Source: a virus. From it: a stretch of 64,000 nucleotides of DNA. Numbering within the stretch: position 1 is the first letter of the stretch; every line of letters begins with the position of its first letter. The translations under genes and the position numbers were made by a program. Below the pieces are notes generated by a model. That model saw only the letters and a program-made list of their open reading frames with translations. It was not told the DNA's origin and did not search any database. The stretch is taken from the IMG/VR virus record IMGVR_UViG_3300045988_076522. One strand, written 5' to 3'. Below are positions 28,373 through 37,071 of this stretch, in pieces.

Positions 28373-29224
28373 TTATCGGTATTTATCGAACATGCTGTCT
28401 GATGCTTCTTCTCCCCACATAGACACGATAACAATACCTACTTTGGTAGCCCTAAATACTATTGGGTCTTCTAACCTTCTTTTACGGTCTTCTTCAGCTT
28501 TAGAGAAGATTTCTATGCGAATATTATTCTCCATAGTATCATAAGGCGCTGCAATTAGCCAAGTGTTATGGTCTAAATATGAGGTGCCAAGATGTAGGTA
28601 ATCTTCCTCCTTATAACTTCCACCTATAGACCTCATGTACTGATAACCACGGTCAATACCTTTGAATACAAATGGGAATCTAGAGAAATACTCAACAAGC
28701 CGTTTGGTCATGTCCTTAGACATTCTTGAATCTATTCTCGCAGCTTCAACCCAACTGACGTAGTTAAGATTTAAAGAGTTCAAAGCGTTAGAAGCCTTTG
28801 CTATTTGTGACACATTCTCACTTGGAATGAATCCGCTGAAGGTCGATATTGGACCACAATACAAATTGTACTTCTTCAGGATTGCAAAGAAATCCTCGTA
28901 AGTTACAACCAGTGCATCAGGATACGATTCTTTAATCCAGGATGTTATTTCGTTAACCTTCTTCAGGTCTAATTTCTCTGGACCTAAAGCTGACTTATAC
29001 TTCTTAGACTCGAGAATAGTCCTAAGGGTATCTGCATTCTTAGTTCCACCCAGACCTGCTGCTTCCAACTTATCAAGCTCCTCTTTGATTTGCTCGGAAT
29101 TGTCAAAGTCTTGATTGCCTTCTACGTACTTCTTATAGTACTCCATAGATGCTGTTACTAAGGCTAAACGTAACGCATCTGCACTCAATTTCTCCATACT
29201 ATGATAAATGTTCTTTAATATCAA
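28373..29224 (-). CDS. Paralog-family protein B (C-terminal VSMWGEEASDSMFDKYR)
   Basis: Homologous along its length to 19917..20855 (AGLGGTKNADTL, YEDFFAILKKYNL, SMWGEE). Confidence 0.55.
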   Translation of the reverse strand: MILKNIYHSMEKLSADALRLALVTASMEYYKKYVEGNQDFDNSEQIKEELDKLEAAGLGGTKNADTLRTILESKKYKSALGPEKLDLKKVNEITSWIKESYPDALVVTYEDFFAILKKYNLYCGPISTFSGFIPSENVSQIAKASNALNSLNLNYVSWVEAARIDSRMSKDMTKRLVEYFSRFPFVFKGIDRGYQYMRSIGGSYKEEDYLHLGTSYLDHNTWLIAAPYDTMENNIRIEIFSKAEEDRKRRLEDPIVFRATKVGIVIVSMWGEEASDSMFDKYR

Positions 29225-29657
29225 TCATGTATTTTATACCTTCAATTATCACACATGCTAGCCCGCCAACGAGCATAATGAAGTATAATGCAACAATTAG
29301 TGGTTCCCAACCAGTCCCATAATCACTTCTATTAAGATTAAAGCTAAGCCTATTAGGCTTGTTATTAATAAAAGCTCTATCATAGGTTGGTTTGTCTACA
29401 CGTAGTTTAAACTGATTGTCTCTACCGTCAGCTATTAGTGTAAGCTCATATACAGTATGCGTCTGTTGATTAACTGTTTCGGTATAACAGTCCTTAGCAA
29501 CTACTGTAGTCCACACAGGTTTGTCAATACAGGTTTCTTTAACTAGGTTAGATTTACATCCTCCTAGTCCTACTAAGCACCCCCCCAGCCATATTACTAT
29601 CAAAGTTGCATGTCTGAAAGTGTTAGTTGACGGTCTCATATCAACAATTGTTGGCAT
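29199..29657 (-). CDS. Membrane protein (N- and C-terminal TM segments)
   Basis: LIVIWLGGCLVGLGGC and LIVALYFIMLVGGLACVIIEG. Confidence 0.45.
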   Translation of the reverse strand: MPTIVDMRPSTNTFRHATLIVIWLGGCLVGLGGCKSNLVKETCIDKPVWTTVVAKDCYTETVNQQTHTVYELTLIADGRDNQFKLRVDKPTYDRAFINNKPNRLSFNLNRSDYGTGWEPLIVALYFIMLVGGLACVIIEGIKYMIDIKEHLS

Positions 29658-29805
29658 CCTCTGTCAGTAATTTAGTTGCTTTATCCATTCCTAACTCGTA
29701 AGCTTCAGCAATTAATACTGCTGCGCTTGCTATTGAAAGCTTACCACCGTTGTCCTCTGCTACGTTAGCTGCATTTTCAAGCAGCTCACTTAAAGTTTCT
29801 ACCAT
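29641..29805 (-). CDS. Small hypothetical protein (54 aa)
   Basis: MVETLSELLENAANVAEDNGGKLSIASAAVLIAEAYELGMDKATKLLTEDANNC. Overlaps the start of the next gene. Confidence 0.3.
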   Translation of the reverse strand: MVETLSELLENAANVAEDNGGKLSIASAAVLIAEAYELGMDKATKLLTEDANNC

Positions 29806-29837
29806 AATTAAATACATTTAATAGTTAATAATCTAGT

Positions 29838-29917
29838 AGGGTAGGTGAGACTCGAACTCACACGCCCGAAGGCACTTGGGCCTAAACCAAGCCTGTCTGC
29901 CAATTCCAGCACTACCC
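29838..29917 (-). tRNA. tRNA-Leu (anticodon TAG), type II
   Basis: GGGTAGT...ACTACCC. Anticodon stem CTTGG/CCAAG with loop TTTAGGC. Variable hairpin GCCTTCGGGC. T-arm GTGAGTTCGAGTCTCAC. Confidence 0.65.
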
Positions 29918-29922
29918 CATTG

Positions 29923-30141
29923 TTACTTCATCAAATTGATAAATTCATCTTCATGTCCTCTATAGTATCGCTGAAGATATGCAATATACACGGCTTCGTC
30001 CTTAACTATTTGAGGGAATTTGGATTCAAATTGTTCTACTTTCTCTTCTCCTACTATACTTACATGAAAGTCTCTAGGTGTGTTATCCACCTTAGTTGCA
30101 GACATTAATAAGACTAATAGGAATATCAATAAATGTTTCAT
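29923..30141 (-). CDS. Small secreted protein
   Basis: N-terminal signal peptide MKHLLIFLLVLLMSATKV. Confidence 0.4.
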   Translation of the reverse strand: MKHLLIFLLVLLMSATKVDNTPRDFHVSIVGEEKVEQFESKFPQIVKDEAVYIAYLQRYYRGHEDEFINLMK

Positions 30142-30188
30142 TTAGTTGTTAATAAAAGGAGAGCGAGATTGCTCTCGCCCTCCAAGGT

Positions 30189-31646
30189 TTATTTGTTGTC
30201 TTTCTTCTCCGTAGAATAGTCCTTACGGTCAAGTTCCCACTCATACTCACACATCTGAGTAATTGCTTCAAGCTTCTCTGTACCCAGAACGAGTTTGAGA
30301 GCATTTACCAATCTTTCAGCCGGAGTTTCCACAACAGCTTTCTTGGATGCAAGTCCAAGTTGACGTTGATAAGATTCAACGCTAGCTTTGATATGGAACG
30401 ATGTTACATGGGTTTCTTCCGTAAAGATAAGTTTGGATTTGGTTGATTCAACGATTTCAGCCATAAATGCCGGAGCAATTTCAGCTTCTTGAATGTAGTT
30501 ACATACTTCACTCAAATCATCATCGATTGTATATCCTTCTTCAGCGGTGAAGGTAGAACGGATGAATTTCTCCGCAGTTTCAGCGTCCAGGCAGTCCATA
30601 GTAATCACAGAGCCGATTCTCTTACCTCTTAAGAAGGTAGGTTCAATCAATTCAATGTGATTAGTAGTGAACAAGGTGATTACGTTCATGTCTTTGGTAT
30701 CACCACCGTCCAGAGTATTCAGGATGTCTTGCATAGCAGCATCTCTGTTACCTCTAGTTACTTGGTCAATATCTTCAACAAATACGACAACACCATGGCC
30801 CGAACGGTCAACAACTTTACACATGCGCAGAGTTTCTGCAAGAAGAGAAGGATTCTTCAAATACACGAATGACCAGCCGTTTGTTACAGCATCTTTAGCC
30901 AGCTTAAATGCCAGCAAGGTCTTACCTGTACCATATTTACCTTCCAGCAAACAACCATACTTCAATGGAATACCTTTAGCCAGACATTTCTCTGGATACA
31001 AGATTCTTGAGCGTAGCGGTTGCAATTCAAATTCAGTCTTCTTAGAAAGAACCATGAATTGTTTCTCAATGCCGGCAAGTGTCATGATAGTAGGTTCAGA
31101 CAGATTACTGATTTCCAAAGCCTGGTTTTTGTAGATAGATTCTGATGCCAATAGCTCTTTAGTTCTGTCAACAATATCATCAATTAATGACTGGTATTTG
31201 AACTGGCATTGTCCTTTAATAAGGAGCAAATGACGGTCATTGTCATAGTTGATGTTGATTTCAGAATCTTCTCCCAATTCTTCAAGGCTAATTTTACCAA
31301 ACGGAACTTTGGTACGAGAACCGTCTGCCAGAACAACGTCTACGGTATCAATGTTGCTGTTTCCAGAAGGACTGTTATCCTCCTTACTAACGGCAGAACC
31401 GAAGATTTCATTGATTGCTCTGTTCAACTGATATACACCGTCTGGTTTCCAACAAAGCAGCGAGTATTTGAAACTTGCCATTTTCTTGGACTGTTTGATT
31501 TCACCTTCGATGAATCCCAGAGCATCAGCATACTTCACATTGCTTTGGAGCACTTCAATCATTCTCTGTTTCTGAGTTTCCTCGTACTTGTTAACTCTCT
31601 GCTTAATAGCAGCTGTAGTTCCTTGCGGAATAATGTTCTTTGCCAT
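30189..31646 (-). CDS. Classical AAA ATPase (CDC48/FtsH-type module)
   Basis: Walker A GKYGTGKT, Walker B VVFVEDID, sensor-1 TTN, Arg-finger region RGKRIGSVI. Confidence 0.6.
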   Translation of the reverse strand: MAKNIIPQGTTAAIKQRVNKYEETQKQRMIEVLQSNVKYADALGFIEGEIKQSKKMASFKYSLLCWKPDGVYQLNRAINEIFGSAVSKEDNSPSGNSNIDTVDVVLADGSRTKVPFGKISLEELGEDSEININYDNDRHLLLIKGQCQFKYQSLIDDIVDRTKELLASESIYKNQALEISNLSEPTIMTLAGIEKQFMVLSKKTEFELQPLRSRILYPEKCLAKGIPLKYGCLLEGKYGTGKTLLAFKLAKDAVTNGWSFVYLKNPSLLAETLRMCKVVDRSGHGVVVFVEDIDQVTRGNRDAAMQDILNTLDGGDTKDMNVITLFTTNHIELIEPTFLRGKRIGSVITMDCLDAETAEKFIRSTFTAEEGYTIDDDLSEVCNYIQEAEIAPAFMAEIVESTKSKLIFTEETHVTSFHIKASVESYQRQLGLASKKAVVETPAERLVNALKLVLGTEKLEAITQMCEYEWELDRKDYSTEKKDNK

Positions 31647-31649
31647 TAC

Positions 31650-31922
31650 TTAATTAGGTTTATTAATCTTATTTACTTCTTTAATGATTGCCTCACAATT
31701 CTCTCTTGTTGTAGTTAAACAACCAAGTTGAATAATAGAACCGTCTTGAGTGATAGTCAGGTTCTTCTCTTCGACTTTCTTCCTACACAAACCTCCTCTG
31801 ATAATTCTTTTAATGAGTGGAAAGGGTAATATAGTATTCTTACAGAATATCATATTCTTGCCTTCCACATAAATGACATCGTAGCCGTCAATGCTACCTA
31901 CTACCTTACTCATTCGATTCAA
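31650..31922 (-). CDS. Hypothetical protein
   Basis: 90-aa ORF. Confidence 0.4.
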   Translation of the reverse strand: MNRMSKVVGSIDGYDVIYVEGKNMIFCKNTILPFPLIKRIIRGGLCRKKVEEKNLTITQDGSIIQLGCLTTTRENCEAIIKEVNKINKPN

Positions 31923-31935
31923 CTATTAACTGTGT

Positions 31936-32008
31936 GGGCCCGGCCGGACTTGAACCGACAACCTCCTGATTATGAGTCAGTTTCTCTAACCGATTGAGAT
32001 ACGGGCCC
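31936..32008 (-). tRNA. tRNA-Met/Ile2 (anticodon CAT), second copy
   Basis: GGGCCCG...CGGGCCC. Anticodon stem ACTGA/TCAGG with loop CTCATAA. T-arm GTCGGTTCAAGTCCGGC. Confidence 0.65.
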
Positions 32009-32105
32009 CGAACGCCCATGTTTACTCACAATTAACAGTTCTCAAAGAGTAGTGTTGTTAGTGACTTCATGATAAATTCTATTTTAAACTGAAATAATTA
32101 GTAGT

Positions 32106-32175
32106 TGGGCTACCAGGATTCGAACCTGGGCTACAAGAGCCAAAACCTTGTGTGACTACCACTACACCATAGCCC
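32106..32175 (-). tRNA. tRNA-Gln (anticodon TTG)
   Basis: GGGCTAT...TAGCCC. Anticodon stem CAAGG/TCTTG with loop TTTTGGC. T-arm CAGGTTCGAATCCTG. Confidence 0.55.
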
Positions 32176-32197
32176 AGTAAAAGGAGTCCGAAGACTC

Positions 32198-33265
32198 CTA
32201 AACTAACTTATCGAATATCATGGGCTGTATCGACATCCATAAATTTGCTAGCATTTCTCGCTCTGCGTCAGATGCTTCATCCCAATGTGATACGTACAAT
32301 TTCTCCGTTCGTTCATTCCTATAAGGAACCTTAAATGAACGGTTAATGCGTACACTGTGTGCGAATAGGTCTTTGTCGAAATCAATAGCCCTAAGCGTCT
32401 TCTGGAAATCGTTGAACTTATTATTAGGGTCATCGACATCCCTAACAGACATTCCAGAAGGAAACGGGCCGTTACCATGCCTTGTTATATAAGGACGAGT
32501 TACATAACAAGTTTGGATTTCTTTACGTATACCTGCTTTCCGCAACAGCTCGTAAGCGTTTTGTGAAGTTGTATTAGACGGAGTACAATAAGGCATTATG
32601 CCGAATCTTTGGTCAAGCAATATTCCCTGTGAACCTTCAAACACTAGGTTATCATAATTCAACAAGCAATCTTCATTAACCGTACCTGTATGTAAGAAAT
32701 AAGCATGTGCTAACCTACACCAGTTGTCTAGGTCTATCGAAGGATATTTACTAGACATGTTGTAATAGTTATCCACTATGGCATTTAGTTTCTCACGCAG
32801 TATGTAAGGATTCATACAATCTACAACTGTTAAGCTGTATCCTGCCTTAACTCGGTCCAAACAAGCTTTAAACCCTGTACCTACAGTACCATGTCGTAAG
32901 TTCTCTTCGTTATTAACTTGGGAATAGACATCGAAGGGAATTACAACTTGGCAGTGAGGGTGATACTGAACAATGGGATGAACTCCCATTTTAGCTAAGT
33001 CTGCACCCTCCAACATAGAGGTAATTGGGTCTACAGTACAGTATTCGGACCAGTACGTCGGCACTCCAAGTAAGGTTCCGCTGCCAAAGTTACTAAAGGT
33101 GTGCATCATGTCTCCATGCTTTACAGTATGTCCTACTTGATGTCCACCACTAAACCTGACCACTAACACAGACTCTCGCTTACCTATGTACTTGTTACAT
33201 AAGTTGTGAACTGTCTGTCCCTTACCTTCGTCTCCAAAGAATGTTCCTAATACAATACTAATCAT
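32198..33265 (-). CDS. Adenylosuccinate synthetase homolog (PurA/PurZ family), short form
   Basis: P-loop IVLGTFFGDEGKGQ. VVRFSGGHQVGHTV corresponds to the PurA RFQGGHNAGHTV segment. HGTVGTGFKAC corresponds to TTKRGIGP. At 355 aa it is shorter than bacterial PurA (~430 aa). Confidence 0.6.
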   Translation of the reverse strand: MISIVLGTFFGDEGKGQTVHNLCNKYIGKRESVLVVRFSGGHQVGHTVKHGDMMHTFSNFGSGTLLGVPTYWSEYCTVDPITSMLEGADLAKMGVHPIVQYHPHCQVVIPFDVYSQVNNEENLRHGTVGTGFKACLDRVKAGYSLTVVDCMNPYILREKLNAIVDNYYNMSSKYPSIDLDNWCRLAHAYFLHTGTVNEDCLLNYDNLVFEGSQGILLDQRFGIMPYCTPSNTTSQNAYELLRKAGIRKEIQTCYVTRPYITRHGNGPFPSGMSVRDVDDPNNKFNDFQKTLRAIDFDKDLFAHSVRINRSFKVPYRNERTEKLYVSHWDEASDAEREMLANLWMSIQPMIFDKLV

Positions 33266-33271
33266 TTCAGT

Positions 33272-34204
33272 TTAATAAAATTTGTCATTACTATCAGACG
33301 GCACGTCTTGCCATTCCTGACTAACAGAAGCACTAGGAGCTAAGCCTTCAACAGGCTCCTCATAGTTCTCTTTAATTGCGGTGACAATCACCTTGTCTAC
33401 TTCTCCAGATGCACATGTTAATACATTCTGTCCAAGTAAAGTCTTCCAAGATTCAGCAACCCTTGAGCCATGACTGGCATTAGTAATGTGAATGTGGAAT
33501 ACATGGTACTGTTCCTTTGCTTTGTCAAGAGCTTCTTGACAAGTAATGGTTTTAGCACCTTTTTGATACCCTAGAACACGTTCTAAGTAACATCCCTCTA
33601 CCTTATCGAGATTTGGTTCATCTCCAATAGTAAATAAGAATCCCTTAGTGTGTCTTTCAAACCAGGAATCAGTTTCAGTATGATAACCCGCTACGATGTG
33701 AGATAGTAGATAGCTTTCACCTCTATTACCTCCTCCTCCACCTTCAATCACGAATGACTGTAAAGTGTCAAGGATTTTAGCTGTATCAGACTCAAACTGA
33801 CCAATTTGAATTGGATATCGGTCATAAACGTGGTCCCCAACTGCCATAAACATGATTTGTGGGTCACGCACACCTAGTTGAATGAGAGAGTCCATAATCT
33901 TAGGGAATTGGTCTCTAATCATTTCATAAGGTGTGTCCATCATTGAACCAGTAACGTCTAGCGCAATGATTATCGGAGTAGAGAAAGGATGTTCTTTAGA
34001 ATCACGAGATTCACGAACACCCACGTTAACCATTTCTTGCCTTATCTGCGTGTTATACTGCCTAACATTGTTGTTAAGCGATGCAGCAGTATTACATGCA
34101 TTAATGGCATGGCTCTTAAAGAGTTCATCCCTAGTGGAGGTATATAAACCCCTACTGCCGGCCTCTACATCATAAGCAATTCTAGAATAACTACCTGCTC
34201 CCAT
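33272..34204 (-). CDS. von Willebrand factor A (vWA) domain protein
   Basis: MIDAS motif in IIIALDVTGSMMDTP (DxTGS). Gly-rich loop GGGGGNRGESY. Confidence 0.55.
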   Translation of the reverse strand: MGAGSYSRIAYDVEAGSRGLYTSTRDELFKSHAINACNTAASLNNNVRQYNTQIRQEMVNVGVRESRDSKEHPFSTPIIIALDVTGSMMDTPYEMIRDQFPKIMDSLIQLGVRDPQIMFMAVGDHVYDRYPIQIGQFESDTAKILDTLQSFVIEGGGGGNRGESYLLSHIVAGYHTETDSWFERHTKGFLFTIGDEPNLDKVEGCYLERVLGYQKGAKTITCQEALDKAKEQYHVFHIHITNASHGSRVAESWKTLLGQNVLTCASGEVDKVIVTAIKENYEEPVEGLAPSASVSQEWQDVPSDSNDKFY

Positions 34205-34207
34205 AAA

Positions 34208-34588
34208 TTATTCATTTACAGTTGCAGCAGCGTCATCTTTCACGTCATCCAAATTAATGGATTCTGATGCATCAGCGGGAAATTCTTCTGCATCGACTTG
34301 CATAGCTAGAGCAAGTTCAATCTTTGCAACACGCAGTTTACGTGCCAATTCATGTCTTGTTCTTACCCATTCAGCCGGATTCAGTCCTTCTCCCGGATTC
34401 AAAGAGTCTCTTGATTTAACAGCCAGGTCGTTGTGTTTGTTGATTTCTCCCTGAATGCGGAGTACTTTCAATTTACAATCCTGAACAAATCTGTCTTCCT
34501 CGATTTTAGCCAATTCATACAGATTCTGCGCTCTTGCATCAAGTACACTTTGTCCACTCTTACTTAATTTCTCTTTAAAACTGCTCAT
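34208..34588 (-). CDS. Hypothetical coiled-coil protein
   Basis: 126-aa ORF. Confidence 0.45.
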   Translation of the reverse strand: MSSFKEKLSKSGQSVLDARAQNLYELAKIEEDRFVQDCKLKVLRIQGEINKHNDLAVKSRDSLNPGEGLNPAEWVRTRHELARKLRVAKIELALAMQVDAEEFPADASESINLDDVKDDAAATVNE

Positions 34589-34675
34589 TTACACTTACAT
34601 TTAACATGTTAAATTCAATAAGCATCTCTGTGTGGTAATTTATAATCTAACTGTAATCATCTAGGATTACAATCG

Positions 34676-34758
34676 AGCCGACTGTCAGATTCGAACTGAC
34701 GTGGAGTTTCCTCTCGTGATTACAAGTCACGTGCAATCAACCACTATGCGAAGTCGGC
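34676..34758 (-). tRNA. Type II tRNA with apparent anticodon TGT (identity uncertain)
   Basis: Acceptor GCCGACT/AGTCGGC. 3-bp D-stem. Anticodon stem CGTGA/TCACG with loop CTTGTAA. Variable hairpin GAGGAAACTC. T-arm GTCAGTTCGAATCTGAC. Confidence 0.45.
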
Positions 34759-34816
34759 ATAAACAGGAGACGATGTTACTAAGTGTGCTGACATCTCCTT
34801 TGTAAATCAAAGAAAG

Positions 34817-34890
34817 CGGTGCATACGAGATTCGAACTCGTGATATCCACCGTGACAGGGTGGCGTCCTAGACCACTGAACGAATGCACC
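34817..34890 (-). tRNA. tRNA-Asp (anticodon GTC)
   Basis: GGTGCAT...ATGCACC. Anticodon stem CCACC/GGTGG with loop CTGTCAC. T-arm CACGAGTTCGAATCTCGT. Confidence 0.6.
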
Positions 34891-35195
34891 ATGAAGCTTG
34901 CTTAACCTACCCTCAAAACCTATGCTTGGACTGGCAATCAGTTATTCAGATATTGTCCCTTCCCGCTAGCTGAGTCATTCTCTTACTGTAATCGTGTGTC
35001 CAACCCACAATTACTATTCAGATGTGCCAAATGGGACATGGCAATTCATAAAAAGTGGGTGCTAGCCGTTTCTATCCCACCATTGCGTACTACAGCGCTA
35101 GCTACCGTCTAAGCTCCTATCCCTTACGTCGCCTTAGAGTGTACATGATTATTATTGCCTAACCAGTTACCTGATTGGAAGGATTATGTACGAGG

Positions 35196-35268
35196 TACAG
35201 CTAACGGGACTCGAACCCGTATTTTATGCTTGAGAGGCATATTACCTAACCAGTTAGTAGATAGCTGC
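35196..35268 (-). tRNA. tRNA-Glu (anticodon CTC)
   Basis: GCAGCTA...TAGCTGT. Anticodon stem TATGC/GCATA with loop CTCTCAA. T-arm ACGGGTTCGAGTCCCGT. An adjacent partial copy of the D-arm segment AACTGGTTAGG lies at about 35150-35195. Confidence 0.5.
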
Positions 35269-35552
35269 GTGTTAAATAGTCGTGAGTAGTTAATTGCAAC
35301 TATGACAAAATTAAGATTAAAGCCAAAGACCAGCCTATTGCTATCTAGGGCAAAGTCAAAGGAATTTTGTAACTTCGCAATAGACTGACAGGGTTTGAAT
35401 TAATAATACTTAATTATGCTGGAAATCGTCCCTGTATGGAATACAGAACACGATTAATTTGTCGACAAATGCATCGACTAGAGTCTTTGATGCAATTCAT
35501 ACTACTCACGCAAAGCTATGTTAGAATCCAATGAGATTCAAGACTATAGCAC

Positions 35553-36446
35553 CTATTTATCTGGATTGGAAATCTTAGTTAGTAACTCATAAGTTGCTTG
35601 TAACTCATTAGGAATTACTATCTTAAGTTCCAATAGTTTCTTACGTTCTTCAACTTTCCAAGTTTCACATTGTTGAGACAGGGTTTTGGCATCCAAATTG
35701 AATCTATCAACAGCTTGTTTATAAGCCTGATTGACTTCATATTCAGAATCCTTTACCATTTTATCAATCTTGAACTTAATCTTATTAAGTCTAGCTGATA
35801 TGTCTCTGTGTTTCTGCTGTAATGCAAAGAATGTATTCTCTACCTTATCGCTACTAACAGACGGGTCATACGAGTACACGATTGTGTCAGTGCCAGAACC
35901 TTCAACCTTAGTAGGATTAGTATAGGCATCCATTAAAGCTCTACGGGCGTTTGCAAACGGACGCATTGGATGAATATACTTACCAATAGCAGATGCTTCT
36001 GCTTCTAGTCTGTAATATTCCATACGTTCTGCAATGCTCAATGAAGCAATTGCTTCCTCTTCGGTAAGGATATGACCCTTAATCGGGGTGTCCAACTTGA
36101 ATCCAGCTACATCTGTAGCATATACATCCCAAGTGTACCTGTTAATAATTTCAAGTTCTTCTTCTCTAGCCTTAATAGCTTCACGAATCCATGCGCAGAA
36201 GGCATTCATATTAGCAACTTCTTGAAGTAATGCAGGTACATTATCAAGATATGCCTCATTTCTACCTGTCTTTACAGTTCTGGAGTTACCTCCACTTAAC
36301 AAGCTAATATTGACATTCACAAACCCTACAGAATCTAAAGCTTGTCTATTAGATTCTACTGTTTCCTTAGCTATATTAGCCAGGTGATTGGCAGAAGTTT
36401 GGGTTAGTCCCTTCTCGCCAAAGAATACTTTGTTACATTCTTTCAT
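35553..36446 (-). CDS. Hypothetical protein
   Basis: 297-aa ORF. Confidence 0.5.
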   Translation of the reverse strand: MKECNKVFFGEKGLTQTSANHLANIAKETVESNRQALDSVGFVNVNISLLSGGNSRTVKTGRNEAYLDNVPALLQEVANMNAFCAWIREAIKAREEELEIINRYTWDVYATDVAGFKLDTPIKGHILTEEEAIASLSIAERMEYYRLEAEASAIGKYIHPMRPFANARRALMDAYTNPTKVEGSGTDTIVYSYDPSVSSDKVENTFFALQQKHRDISARLNKIKFKIDKMVKDSEYEVNQAYKQAVDRFNLDAKTLSQQCETWKVEERKKLLELKIVIPNELQATYELLTKISNPDK

Positions 36447-36475
36447 AAGCTGTAATTATTAATTCATTACTAATG

Positions 36476-36548
36476 CACTGGATAGGGGATTCGAACCCCT
36501 GTTTACGCATCGAAAGTGCGTCGACCTAAACCACTAGTCGAATCCAGT
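36476..36548 (-). tRNA. tRNA-Glu (anticodon TTC)
   Basis: ACTGGAT...ATCCAGT. Anticodon stem ACGCA/TGCGT with loop CTTTCGA. T-arm AGGGGTTCGAATCCCCT. Confidence 0.55.
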
Positions 36549-36556
36549 ATACCTTA

Positions 36557-36877
36557 TTAAGCTTTCCAGAATACAAACTTATTGCCTTCTGGACATCTTA
36601 CATACTTCACATCAAAACCATTCTCTCGATATAGAGGTTCTACATCTAACCAATGGTTCTTAATTACCTCTTCTTCGGTTAAACCTTCAGATGCTACATA
36701 GGCTATTACATCTGATTGCTTAAATTCAGAAGCTTTACCACTCCAGTTCTTAACTATTAAAGTATTAAAAGCTAAGATAACTGCATCAGGAATAGATTTT
36801 AAATCTATACTCCTCAATTCTCTTGAATTTAATACCTTCACCATAATTCTAATAATTAGGTTAATAATGATTTTCAC
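36557..36877 (-). CDS. Hypothetical protein
   Basis: 106-aa ORF. Confidence 0.45.
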   Translation of the reverse strand: MKIIINLIIRIMVKVLNSRELRSIDLKSIPDAVILAFNTLIVKNWSGKASEFKQSDVIAYVASEGLTEEEVIKNHWLDVEPLYRENGFDVKYVRCPEGNKFVFWKA

Positions 36878-36896
36878 AAACTCTTATTAGCCAGCG

Positions 36897-36984
36897 CGGA
36901 GAGTGCTGGATTCGAACCAGCGGAACCCTTTTGAGGTTCGGTCCCTTAGCAGGGGACTGGTTTAAGCCACTCACCCAACTCTCC
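36897..36984 (-). tRNA. tRNA-Ser (anticodon GCT), type II
   Basis: GGAGAGT...ACTCTCC. Anticodon stem GTCCC/GGGAC with loop CTGCTAA. Long variable arm. T-arm GCTGGTTCGAATCCAGC. Confidence 0.65.
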
Positions 36985-37071
36985 AATCCACAGAAGACTT
37001 ATTTATGCTATATCAATCGCTTATGATTACCTTAGTGCTGTAAGTCTTCTTAGAAATTCACTGTAAAAGGA

